A stretch of DNA of 64,000 nucleotides, taken from NCBI RefSeq assembly GCF_024502345.1, contig NZ_JALDNN010000001.1; one strand, 5' to 3'. Under the pieces are notes generated by a model. That model saw only the letters and a list, made by a program, of their open reading frames with translations, had not been told where the DNA came from and did not search any database. Made by a program: the position numbers and the translations under genes. This DNA is from Escherichia coli. GTDB lineage: Bacteria > Pseudomonadota > Gammaproteobacteria > Enterobacterales > Enterobacteriaceae. Shown here piece by piece: positions 9,845 to 19,329 of this stretch. How positions within the stretch are numbered: the first letter of the stretch is position 1; each line of letters opens with the position of its first letter.

Positions 9845-10216
9845 ATGAAATTTGTCTCGAACTGGCAAGACCTGCCGTCGCTCCTTCTTCCGGAGTCAGT
9901 AATGAGTCTGTTGAAAACAGAGCTGGTACTCCCATTTGAAGATGAATACTCTGCAATGAGTTTCTGGGATGAAGTCGGGGTGACATTAATATATGTCGAG
10001 CCCGATGATGTACCTGAAGATATTAAAGCGCAGGTATTAAATGTGATTCATCAGTTAATTGCAAATCCAGAATTTGTAGTCCGTCTGACAGATGACTATT
10101 ACCTGATGCTTTCTGTTACGGAAGATAACGGGAACGGTATTTATCTGTTATTTCACCCCGATTGCCCTCTGAAGGGTATTGATTTATTAATTTCTATGGC
10201 CGAATCACGCTATTAA
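9845..10216 (+). CDS. Hypothetical protein (element cargo)
   Basis: 123-aa ORF with RBS-like aggatta upstream; no recognisable motif. Confidence 0.45.
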   Translation: MKFVSNWQDLPSLLLPESVMSLLKTELVLPFEDEYSAMSFWDEVGVTLIYVEPDDVPEDIKAQVLNVIHQLIANPEFVVRLTDDYYLMLSVTEDNGNGIYLLFHPDCPLKGIDLLISMAESRY

Positions 10217-10241
10217 ACACAAGCAAAACCTGGAACGCAAA

Positions 10242-10775
10242 ATGAGTAAATCAAAATTAGTTAAAAATAATGTTGAGTCAGTTTCGAAGGAGATTAAAAA
10301 TGAGGCAGAGGTTATTCATGAAAATCTCAGTGCAGATGAACAAACATTATCTGATATAAAAGACTATCAGTTGCTCATTGAAACAGGCCAGGCAGAAAAA
10401 ATCAGTCCTAAGGCAAGTGGTATTCTGACATGGCAACTGGCGATATCAGAGGTGGACAATGAACTTTATCTTCGTCTGGTGGCAAATGGCTGTGGAGGGT
10501 TGTTCTCTAAGGACTGGATCTCACTTTCTAAGATTGCAACTGTTCTGGAAACACAACCTGCTACCGGCTTCTCATCCGGAGTATTCAGGCCGCTATTCAA
10601 AGGGGCAAGCGCCAACAATGCAGGTTTTCTGGCTGCTGTTTTACGCTCCCCGGATATATGTCTGCTGGAGGCACATCCAGAGAAGTTATTTACTCATGTA
10701 TTATACCCGGACTGGAGGGAGCGGTTGAATAAACTTAATACGATCAGTAGCCAGGGAAAGATTACAGAGGATTAA
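10242..10775 (+). CDS. Hypothetical protein (element cargo)
   Basis: 177-aa ORF, AT-rich codon usage. Confidence 0.45.
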   Translation: MSKSKLVKNNVESVSKEIKNEAEVIHENLSADEQTLSDIKDYQLLIETGQAEKISPKASGILTWQLAISEVDNELYLRLVANGCGGLFSKDWISLSKIATVLETQPATGFSSGVFRPLFKGASANNAGFLAAVLRSPDICLLEAHPEKLFTHVLYPDWRERLNKLNTISSQGKITED

Positions 10776-10847
10776 TTTATTTCCTGCACTGTTATACAAC
10801 CAGAAATCACCACACACCACTATTTACTTTCTAAAGGAAAATTTATT

Positions 10848-11282
10848 ATGCAAACCCAATATGCCTTAAAACAGGCAGGATTAACTCTGCCTGTTACTAA
10901 AGAATTTCAGCAGCATATTACTACTCTTCTGGCAAATCAGGTTTTACAAAAAATAACTGAGGCAGTGGTTATTAATTTCCGCGATCCGGACTACAGTGCA
11001 GAATCCGGGGGCTTTCATCCCGTTGAAATACGGTTTATCCGTAAGAATAATGAATGGTATTTTGATTATGTCACAGATTTTAGTTATATGGGGCGTGTCT
11101 ACCCTGAGCTGGAAAAAGAAATTGATTTTTGCTGGTCGGGGAATTATGTCTTCCATTATCTGATTGGGGATATTTCACTGGCAGCAGAGAGGAATGAACT
11201 CTGGTCTCTGTGGGAGCGTAATTTTATGGAGTATCTCTCTATGGGGATTTACCGGGTAACGGTAACTGTGGAAAGTTGTTGA
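10848..11282 (+). CDS. Hypothetical protein (element cargo)
   Basis: 144-aa ORF. Confidence 0.45.
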   Translation: MQTQYALKQAGLTLPVTKEFQQHITTLLANQVLQKITEAVVINFRDPDYSAESGGFHPVEIRFIRKNNEWYFDYVTDFSYMGRVYPELEKEIDFCWSGNYVFHYLIGDISLAAERNELWSLWERNFMEYLSMGIYRVTVTVESC

Positions 11283-11583
11283 CCCGTTATGAACAGGAAG
11301 AAAGCGGGCGGCTTTGTAATCTACAGCATGTGGTGTGCATCACAGCATGGAGATGATGTCTCTTTTTCCTGGCTGTTCGCATAAACAAGTGCAGACACGG
11401 GGGATCTCAGATCCCTCGTGATTTTTGCCCCCTATGGTGCATTCTTCTGTAGCAGGGTGATAACGGTTAATCCATTACCCCAACGACAGTATTACACCGG
11501 TAATAAATGTTCATGAATACAGTTAGTTATGTGGGTTTTGAGGTGGGCTATGTCATCGTTGACGATAACTGAAGGTTTTACAG

Positions 11584-11811
11584 ATGTATAAAACTCGCGG
11601 TGAAAGGATCGCAGAAAGGCTGTGCTGGATATTACTTCAACTGTATACCGGTAATACGGTATCGGTTAATGATATATGTCAGCGTTTCGCGGTCAGTCGC
11701 CGAACCGGACAGCGTGATTTGTTGAGAGTTGAAACTGTAACGGAAACTATTTCACCTGGAAGGGTAAGGCTGGCAAATTTGATAAGGGAACGAGTTAGAC
11801 GAAATTTTTAA
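11584..11811 (+). CDS. Small HTH protein resembling the N-terminus of YafY/WYL-type regulators
   Basis: 75 aa; ...NTVSVNDICQRFAVSRRTGQRDL... HTH, parallel to the N-terminus of the 12773-13675 product. Confidence 0.4.
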   Translation: MYKTRGERIAERLCWILLQLYTGNTVSVNDICQRFAVSRRTGQRDLLRVETVTETISPGRVRLANLIRERVRRNF

Positions 11812-11892
11812 TCGAATCCATATCAATTCTATAAAATATGAAACTTAACGGGAGTAAATATACACTCCCGTTATAATGCAACCTTTTTTTAA

Positions 11893-12711
11893 CTACTCAA
11901 ATGATATTAATTTAGGTGCGACAGTGTTTTTATGACATGTTAAATTCGCAAGATCAATAATATCATGAAACAATTTTATGTCGTCGTCAGTGAGCTCTAC
12001 GTCTGGATCAGCTAAATCGGCACAGGTAACATTTAACCAGTGTGTTAATGAATCAATCCTGTTTGAAGTAATATATTCAGTGTGACCAATATCCCACTTC
12101 CAGTTGATCACCCGAGCAGGTCTGAATCTCACCTCCCGAACCCCAATTGGCGTTACTGACTCTACGAGAGGGTATATCGTGTTAAGTACTTTATCATGTT
12201 CACTGTAGATATTTAAATGCCCCATTTTTGAACCGTAAGCCATTTTCATTATGTTCTCTGTATAACTTGTTATTGGGGTGGCTCCGGCCATAGAGATTGT
12301 TAAGAGAATATTATCATTTTTAATATAGGGTAATGTATTGTTTATTAATCGAGTCCCTAAAGAATGACCCATTATGATCACATTACGCTTTTCTTTAACG
12401 TATATCTCGTTTATTACGTGTGCTAATTTTTCTCTGTTATTAACTGCTGCTTTCGTTGCATTATACCAGGCCTGACGCGCTTTAAATGGAATGGAGATTG
12501 ATGACAATAAAGGAGATGTTCTCAGGGGGAAGAGAGTATATAACCCCCACTTGTTCGCTATGTCAGAACTTAATATGGATAGTAGATTTGCCGATTCCCA
12601 TTTATAGTATCTGACATCAAGGCCACACCCTGCTTTAATTCGGTTAAACCATGATATATCATTTTCGGTCAGAAACCCTGATACAACAAGAAGAACCGGG
12701 CATTTTTTCAT
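11893..12711 (-). CDS. Alpha/beta-hydrolase-fold protein (GxSxG nucleophile elbow)
   Basis: 272 aa; IIMGHSLGTR serine-hydrolase motif. Confidence 0.5.
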   Translation of the reverse strand: MKKCPVLLVVSGFLTENDISWFNRIKAGCGLDVRYYKWESANLLSILSSDIANKWGLYTLFPLRTSPLLSSISIPFKARQAWYNATKAAVNNREKLAHVINEIYVKEKRNVIIMGHSLGTRLINNTLPYIKNDNILLTISMAGATPITSYTENIMKMAYGSKMGHLNIYSEHDKVLNTIYPLVESVTPIGVREVRFRPARVINWKWDIGHTEYITSNRIDSLTHWLNVTCADLADPDVELTDDDIKLFHDIIDLANLTCHKNTVAPKLISFE

Positions 12712-12772
12712 GGTAACTCCATTTTTTAGCTTACAAAAATAGCACTCAATGAAAATTATATTATCCGTGTCA

Positions 12773-13675
12773 TTACGGGGCGTTACTTGGCTGGGTGTAA
12801 CGTTTCAGTGCGGATTGTATATCTTCAGCAAGTTGTTGACGGATTGAGGCCGGTTGTATTACTTCGACATCCGGTATCCAGTATTTCATTAAAGGCATTA
12901 TCTGATCTGTGTGTGTTACACGTGATATCACCAGTAAATCGCCAGACCGGGAAGTATGAATTATTTCCTGTCCTGGCAATAGATGACGGTGGGTAAACCA
13001 CGGAGCAACATGTGCGGAAACTGAAATAAGAACTTCGATAAGGTCTTCGCTATACCAGATACCATCTGTCTTTTCTATTTTTTCATTAATTTCGGGGATT
13101 ATCCTGAAAGAGATATTACTCATGCAAACGTCTTTGACAGATGAGATAACAAAGCTTTTTAATGTACTGTCATGGGCGGCAGCGAGATACCACAATCCGT
13201 TGTCATTAACCAGCCTGTATGGCTCAACAGCCCGAAACTCTTTATCTTTGTAATTAAAATTTACTTTCTTCTGTGACAGGATGGCATCGGATAATACATT
13301 CAGAATTGACATGAATGATCCGCAGTTTTCGTATGGACGTTGTTTTATCAGAAACGGGTTGTTTTTCGTGTTACCTAACAAAATACTCAGTAGTCTGTCA
13401 TCCCAGCGAGGGAACAGCCCTTCAATACCCAGGATGCGCGTGAAATGACGTAAATCAGCATTGCTGCGTTGACCGAGAACACCGTCAGACAGGCGATAGC
13501 GACCATTTTGTCGAATCAGATTAAGATAGGACAGGCGCTGAGTAAGATCACGACGGATAGTTTTTTCGCAAACGTTAAATTCCTCAGATAACTCCCGGAC
13601 GGCTAGTGACTCACCATTGTTCAGGCGAGTTAATATCAATCCGAGTCGATATCCAAGTTTATCGTGCTTACCCAT
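12773..13675 (-). CDS. HTH + WYL-domain-type transcriptional regulator (YafY-like)
   Basis: 300 aa; N-terminal DeoR-like HTH ([21 protein letters not shown]), central region consistent with a WYL domain. Confidence 0.5.
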   Translation of the reverse strand: MGKHDKLGYRLGLILTRLNNGESLAVRELSEEFNVCEKTIRRDLTQRLSYLNLIRQNGRYRLSDGVLGQRSNADLRHFTRILGIEGLFPRWDDRLLSILLGNTKNNPFLIKQRPYENCGSFMSILNVLSDAILSQKKVNFNYKDKEFRAVEPYRLVNDNGLWYLAAAHDSTLKSFVISSVKDVCMSNISFRIIPEINEKIEKTDGIWYSEDLIEVLISVSAHVAPWFTHRHLLPGQEIIHTSRSGDLLVISRVTHTDQIMPLMKYWIPDVEVIQPASIRQQLAEDIQSALKRYTQPSNAP

Positions 13676-13724
13676 TCGTTTATCCGGTTAATGCCAGCGA
13701 AGAGGATATTTTCAGCAAAGTAAC

Positions 13725-13835
13725 GGACAGGATGAGTCCACTTTTACTGTGACGGAGAAAAAAATTAACTCATTAATTATCAATATATTAAAACATTGCT
13801 GGAATCATCGAATAACATGTGGACTCATCCTGTCC
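13725..13835. promoter_or_regulatory. Perfect 17-bp inverted repeat pair (candidate operator) upstream of the WYL/HTH regulator gene
   Basis: ggacaggatgagtccac (13725-13741) and gtggactcatcctgtcc (13819-13835), 77-bp AT-rich spacer. Confidence 0.5.
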
Positions 13836-14054
13836 ATGTGTATTTTTACGTTCAGGGTGATAATTATTATCCTGACCTGTACATGACATGTTTTTGCTGC
13901 ATATTTGACCATGCACTTTTGCCATCAAGTCGGAGAGGCAGGGGGGAACGTAAGATCCGAAGGTTAGAGAGGTTATCAGCAATTACAATGATGATTAATA
14001 TTTTCATAATATCGGAGAACATCATATTAGTTGAAATAACATAAAGGTGGTTCT

Positions 14055-14381
14055 ATGTATTTACATATCAGAAAGTATCAACTCGTAAATGCGAGATGGC
14101 GTGATGTCATTGATCTGACAGATTATGAAGAAACAATCAGGCAGGTTGTCGGTACATTATTTGGAAATGATTTTATTGAGGTCAGCGTTGAAACAAATTG
14201 TTTTACTCTGACAGTAAACAGTACAAGCAGTAAAATACCACACGGCATACTGGTGAATATGGGGAAAAGGCTGGCGGCTAATCTCCAGAGTATCACCTGT
14301 CATGCCATGCGGATCTATCATGTAAATGGCCATCCTGACGCGCGGCAGTTATTTCACTGTTTTGATGCCGATTGCCTGTGA
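14055..14381 (+). CDS. Hypothetical protein (element cargo)
   Basis: 108-aa ORF with RBS aaaggtgg upstream. Confidence 0.4.
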   Translation: MYLHIRKYQLVNARWRDVIDLTDYEETIRQVVGTLFGNDFIEVSVETNCFTLTVNSTSSKIPHGILVNMGKRLAANLQSITCHAMRIYHVNGHPDARQLFHCFDADCL

Positions 14382-14385
14382 TTAA

Positions 14386-14415
14386 GCCCCCAACTTCTGT
14401 TAAAGGAGTTGGGGG
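14386..14415. terminator. Bidirectional hairpin between convergent genes
   Basis: cccccaact...agttggggg perfect stem. Confidence 0.5.
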
Positions 14416-14429
14416 AGATTTAACGGTTA

Positions 14430-17030
14430 TCAGACTGGAAGACAGAATGTCGGATATTTACGGGCTATGATATCCATCAGTGACTTCATTCGCGGTGTTA
14501 CAGAACTAAATTTCATTTGGGGTATTTTTGCTCTTACCGCATTTTTTACATCAGTCACCGTTACTGAATAGCCTTCTGACGTCAGCCATTCAGCAACCTC
14601 TTTACAGGAATAACTTTTTTTATCTTTCAGCATCAGCCCCCATTGGCACTGAGTCAGCGCCCGGAGAAATAGTCTGACTAAAATATCATCACTACGTTTG
14701 CTTCCGACTTTTAGTTTCATATCAGAAAACACCGTCCGGCAATAGAGAAAATCACACCAGTCATCCCAGTCAGCCAGGGTCTTCAGTGTATGCGTTTGCC
14801 GCCAGTCGTCGAAAAGGGAGCGCTGCTGCAGAGCCTCTTCCATATTATCCCATGGGCGGGAAAACATCAGTAAATGCCCTTCATTCATGGCGGGCTGTAC
14901 GGGCTGGCGTTTGAAATCGAATTCCAGATTAAGACGGATATCCTGTTCCCGGGATACCAGATCGCTTTCCGACAGCCACATCTCACGCGTTGATATCAAC
15001 GTACTTCGGGATAAAGTCTGACCGGGTAAACGATTAAGGTAAAGATCTACCATATAGTCGTTATAGTCACTGCGTGGAATATCGGCAGGAGGTTTGACGC
15101 CAGCCCTGGCATGAACAACAGGTTTTCCCTGAATAGCTCTATAGGTTAACTGCCCCCGGGTTTTCATGGCGATAAGCTGGCTGACTTCATGCTTACATGT
15201 CAACATTGATGAACCCGGATCAACAATATCGCACAGCGACTGGAAGCGGGAAGACAGTGGACCGCTCATGTTTATCTTGTTAAGTGGGCAATTTGTCAAA
15301 AAGCCATCGGTTGTGACGCTGACAACCGATGAATCAGAAGGCAAAGCATTCATGAGTTCCCCGGCAACGGCGCGGATAAATCCCGTTACATGCGCAGCAA
15401 AGAATGGCTGAGTAACCGATGATGGTGGGAGGGATCTGTTTAATCCACGGGCAGTATCAAAGGCGGTTTTGGCGCGAAGGCCCTGAGCAAGTTTGCCATA
15501 AAGCGAGTTGCCAATTTCTTTCCAGAATTTCTCCTCCAGAGAACCTTTAATATGGCGATTACGGTTCTCACGGACCTGTTGAACAAAGGGAAGAAACACC
15601 GATGTTGATTCGCTGTTATGTGGGGAGGTGTCACAGATCCAGGGGACGATGATCCCATTATGGATCGTCATCTCTGCCCCGAGCGACAGAGCAAGTTCGA
15701 TTTCAGGTGCCGTTGCCCATGATTCGCCACTTAATGGAAAGAATAACCCATATTGATCGGTCCGAACCGGCAGGCTGGGATAGGGAACTGATTCCGGGAA
15801 CCGAAATGTGACAAGCGCAAATCCCATTACATGCCCACAGTAATCGTCCGGATTTTTACTGAGGCGGATGTTCCCGTAATCGGGTGTGAGGATATCTAAT
15901 AGCCCGGTGGTATACGCTCCAGCCAGATCGTAGTCATACCAGTGATCAGACGGTGTAACCCCCATCATAAAACACTCATTGCGTCCGCCGTGGTAACAGT
16001 TGATCGGGAACGTTTCAAACAACTCTCTTGAAGGAACACTGGCGGGGTTTTTAATCGTCCGGAATGCCTGTTTCTCCGTGAGCCAGAGTTCACGGGTTTT
16101 AATGTGTGTCCCAAGGCAGACTTCAGGAGACATATTGTTTTCTTTAAGTGTTTTGGTGAACCGTGAAACTGCCATCGCCCCGATGGTGGCGGGGACACGA
16201 TCAATCATCAGCTCCCGGGCGCAAAAATTGCGAACCTGTAAAGCATAACGAACCGCAATCTCGGCATCCCGCAGAGCATAGGCTTCAAACCCTGCTCTGT
16301 CGCCCAGAAGATATTCACGCATATTGGTTATGGAATAAGGTGCAGGAATGGTGAGTTTGGGAAGACCCAGTAATTCACCACATTCAGCCAGACCCATACC
16401 CCCGGGAGTGATAAGCAGTGTATCGATGAAAGCTACGTTACTGCAACGCGGAGGGGAAGTTCGTTTGTCAAACATTATCTGTTCAGTCTTTACGCGACGT
16501 TCCTGCTGTTCATCAAAATCGATACCGTAACGATTTTTGAAGCTGCTGACAGTACCGCGTATTCCTTTCAGAAGAATTTTGTAGTCTGACCAGAAATTGG
16601 CAAAGGAGGCGATATCCGCACGAATGAAATGCGCATATATATTAATAATACCGGGCCATTTTGTAATCACACCCGTTTCAAGAAGCGGTGTAATCGTTTG
16701 ACAGAGAAATTCCTTAAAAGACAGCCGGGATTTTTTCTGTGAGTCAGGTGGATAGATAATGTTCGATATACCTGTATTATCGGGTAAGATAACATAACTC
16801 TGATATGACAGAATATCATTCTGTCGTGTTTCAGGGTTGAAAACATATTCGGTATCAAAACCGATATGGAGTGTCAGGTCACTTGAAATAACAGATACTT
16901 TTTTTGATGCAGGTGGTATCACAGGATAATCATCAAGCGTTTTAGGTCTTTTACGATTGAGCGCTGGCTCTGAAGTCACGGACTGATACCCCGAGGCGGC
17001 AGCGAGGATGTCCTGCAAATTATTGCTCAT
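14430..17030 (-). CDS. Family-B DNA polymerase with 3'-5' exonuclease domain (piPolB-like); alternative start at 17093
   Basis: Exo I FDTE, Exo III YALRD, motif A DYDLAGAYTT, motif B KEIGNSLYGK, motif C VTTDGF, downstream KTRG, all in canonical order; RBS ggag before ATG 17030. Confidence 0.85.
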   Translation of the reverse strand: MSNNLQDILAAASGYQSVTSEPALNRKRPKTLDDYPVIPPASKKVSVISSDLTLHIGFDTEYVFNPETRQNDILSYQSYVILPDNTGISNIIYPPDSQKKSRLSFKEFLCQTITPLLETGVITKWPGIINIYAHFIRADIASFANFWSDYKILLKGIRGTVSSFKNRYGIDFDEQQERRVKTEQIMFDKRTSPPRCSNVAFIDTLLITPGGMGLAECGELLGLPKLTIPAPYSITNMREYLLGDRAGFEAYALRDAEIAVRYALQVRNFCARELMIDRVPATIGAMAVSRFTKTLKENNMSPEVCLGTHIKTRELWLTEKQAFRTIKNPASVPSRELFETFPINCYHGGRNECFMMGVTPSDHWYDYDLAGAYTTGLLDILTPDYGNIRLSKNPDDYCGHVMGFALVTFRFPESVPYPSLPVRTDQYGLFFPLSGESWATAPEIELALSLGAEMTIHNGIIVPWICDTSPHNSESTSVFLPFVQQVRENRNRHIKGSLEEKFWKEIGNSLYGKLAQGLRAKTAFDTARGLNRSLPPSSVTQPFFAAHVTGFIRAVAGELMNALPSDSSVVSVTTDGFLTNCPLNKINMSGPLSSRFQSLCDIVDPGSSMLTCKHEVSQLIAMKTRGQLTYRAIQGKPVVHARAGVKPPADIPRSDYNDYMVDLYLNRLPGQTLSRSTLISTREMWLSESDLVSREQDIRLNLEFDFKRQPVQPAMNEGHLLMFSRPWDNMEEALQQRSLFDDWRQTHTLKTLADWDDWCDFLYCRTVFSDMKLKVGSKRSDDILVRLFLRALTQCQWGLMLKDKKSYSCKEVAEWLTSEGYSVTVTDVKNAVRAKIPQMKFSSVTPRMKSLMDIIARKYPTFCLPV

Positions 17031-17076
17031 AGTTAACTCCGAAAAAATGCCGGGAGCTGTGTCCCGGCATAAAGAA

Positions 17077-17715
17077 TCAGGATTTAATAACATTTACTAC
17101 AGATTTGAAAATATCGGTTTTGTGTGATTCATCATCTACATGGATAAAGGAAACGAGTTTCCTGCCTGCTTTAATCAGGATACCGCGTTGCGTCTTTTCC
17201 ACAGACGGGGTAACGTGTGCAGATAACAGACAATGTTCATGTAAATGAAGAAACTTTTTTGAGGCGTAGCCGCCATGTAATCGGGCTTGAATGTCAAGAT
17301 ACATATCATCAAGAGAACCGGGTTCTCCTGATTCACTCAATACCGGATAACCCTTCTTATCAAAGAGGTTAAGGATAGATTTACTATCATGTTCGAACAG
17401 GGTAACACCGTAAATGTATTTCATTCGAAAGGTGAGGGAATCGGTGGTGTAGACCTCCTCCTGACGATTGAAATTTTTGAGACGCCTGGCTAATTCATTA
17501 AAAACAGCACGAGCAGTAGCCGTGTCCTGCAGGGTGTAGGTATAAAGTACGAAGCCATCTGTGCCGATGAGCTTTACTAAGTTGTCCATAATCGTGATAG
17601 CGAGAACTAATGCAAAGGACAGATATTTTTCATCGTTGTCTACAGCTGTGTTTGCTGCTTCAGGAAGAATGTTCAGTGCATTATTAGCATTATTTGCTGT
17701 GTTCTTAGTAACCAT
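17077..17715 (-). CDS. Hypothetical protein between the excisionase and PolB genes
   Basis: 212-aa ORF overlapping the xis stop by 11 nt; no recognisable motif. Confidence 0.5.
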   Translation of the reverse strand: MVTKNTANNANNALNILPEAANTAVDNDEKYLSFALVLAITIMDNLVKLIGTDGFVLYTYTLQDTATARAVFNELARRLKNFNRQEEVYTTDSLTFRMKYIYGVTLFEHDSKSILNLFDKKGYPVLSESGEPGSLDDMYLDIQARLHGGYASKKFLHLHEHCLLSAHVTPSVEKTQRGILIKAGRKLVSFIHVDDESHKTDIFKSVVNVIKS

Positions 17716-17905
17716 TTATATCACCTTTAAGTTTGTTTTGACGATGTGCATTTTCCCACTCAACAATATCATCAAGAGAGAATCGTATAGCCCGCCCAAT
17801 TCTGATGAAGGGCGGGAGTTTTCCTGGGTTGCGCGATATATCTGACGCAACCGTGGATGCGGAAAGATTAAATCTTTCTGCAAACTGCTTAATGGTTAAA
17901 TACAT
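17705..17905 (-). CDS. AlpA/Xis-family excisionase-like DNA-binding protein
   Basis: 66 aa; LTIKQFAERFNLSASTV ... winged-helix pattern typical of AlpA/Xis. Confidence 0.65.
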   Translation of the reverse strand: MYLTIKQFAERFNLSASTVASDISRNPGKLPPFIRIGRAIRFSLDDIVEWENAHRQNKLKGDINGY

Positions 17906-18055
17906 AAACCTCCGGTTTTAGAGAAGAAGAAACCACGCGGATTTAATATCAATCCACATTCTTTGATGACTTAATGCAGGGCCCTGCAGAAGCATGCAAT
18001 GACAATACCGTCCTTAAACGAGTGTTGCATCAATCACGAATCACAGATCATAGGT

Positions 18056-19186
18056 TCATTTTTTCGTGTCATAACTTTCTATGACCTGAGAAACCACTGC
18101 GTGCGATGTCGCTGCATTGTGAAAAGCGTAGCGACGGGTCGCCGTGAGTGAATGGTGATTTAGCAGATGGGAAGCGATTGCAATATCCCCGGTCGCCTGT
18201 AGTACCCGGGTGGCAAAGGTACGGCGCAGGTCATGCATCCGCAGGTTATCAATGTTGGCATCCCGACAAATACGGGCAAAGGTTGCACGCGGATATGCCA
18301 GAGGGCGGGCATTGTCGGTTAGTTGTGGAAAAATGTAAGTTTTGCTGAGCATCAGGTCTTGCTGGCACTGGACAACTGCAATGGCTGGAGGTGCAAGTGG
18401 GCAGGTGAAAGGGTGTCCGGACTTTGTATCAGGCAGTATGAGTTGATGCATATCCGGGTGCCAGTACTCCCATTTCAGGGTACATACCTCACCAATACGC
18501 ATCCCCGTATAAAGAGCAAGCAATATAGAATCAGCTGCCGGTGTTTGCAGCGCTGTTGCCGCGTCAATAAAGCGCGGGATTTCTGTCGCTGATAGTGTGC
18601 GATAGCGAATGTTATTTTCTTTCAGATAGCGGACATGTGACATCGGGGAATGTGTGATCCATCCAGCACGTACTGCCAGAGAGCATATTTTGGACAATAT
18701 TGCGAGGATACGGTTTACTGTTGACGGACGTAATTTTTCCCGTAAGCCAGCAGCATATTGTTCTAGTTCCCCTGCCGTGATGTCGCGAAGTTGCCGCTTG
18801 CCCCAGAACGGGCGAACGTAGAGGTTGAGTTTTGACAACTCTGACTGAGGACTCTTTTTATACAACTGCAAATCCGGTAGCCACAGGTCATTGATGGCCT
18901 GTTCCACAGTGAATCGACGGGACTGAACCGCAAGACGATTTTTATCAGCAAGCAGTTTCATCACATGCTGACGGGCATCCTCAACGCAGAGCTGAGGGAA
19001 CTGACCCAGGGTTTCATATATACGCTGATTGTTTATAGTGGCACGAAAGGCCAGCGTGATCCGATTGGGATACACCAGAGCACGCAGGTTTTGGCAGTGA
19101 ATATCACGGTATTCCTGACAACCCGTGAGGGGATGTGGAAGTTGGTGAAGTGATTTGTTGCTGAAACGCAGATCCAGAATAGGCAT
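18056..19186 (-). CDS. Second tyrosine recombinase (XerC/D-like integrase)
   Basis: 376 aa; RIGEV (R), HDLRRTFAT (HxxR), TRRYAFH (Y). Confidence 0.8.
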   Translation of the reverse strand: MPILDLRFSNKSLHQLPHPLTGCQEYRDIHCQNLRALVYPNRITLAFRATINNQRIYETLGQFPQLCVEDARQHVMKLLADKNRLAVQSRRFTVEQAINDLWLPDLQLYKKSPQSELSKLNLYVRPFWGKRQLRDITAGELEQYAAGLREKLRPSTVNRILAILSKICSLAVRAGWITHSPMSHVRYLKENNIRYRTLSATEIPRFIDAATALQTPAADSILLALYTGMRIGEVCTLKWEYWHPDMHQLILPDTKSGHPFTCPLAPPAIAVVQCQQDLMLSKTYIFPQLTDNARPLAYPRATFARICRDANIDNLRMHDLRRTFATRVLQATGDIAIASHLLNHHSLTATRRYAFHNAATSHAVVSQVIESYDTKK

Positions 19187-19329
19187 CGTATTTCTCCTGT
19201 AAATGACACTGGAAAAATACGATGTGAGGTTATAGTCTGCCAGTTACAGCTTTCACAGTTCATCAGGTGAAAAAACGCAGATTCGGATATAATGGCAACA
19301 CAATTCCATGTCGCCATTATATTAAGAAA

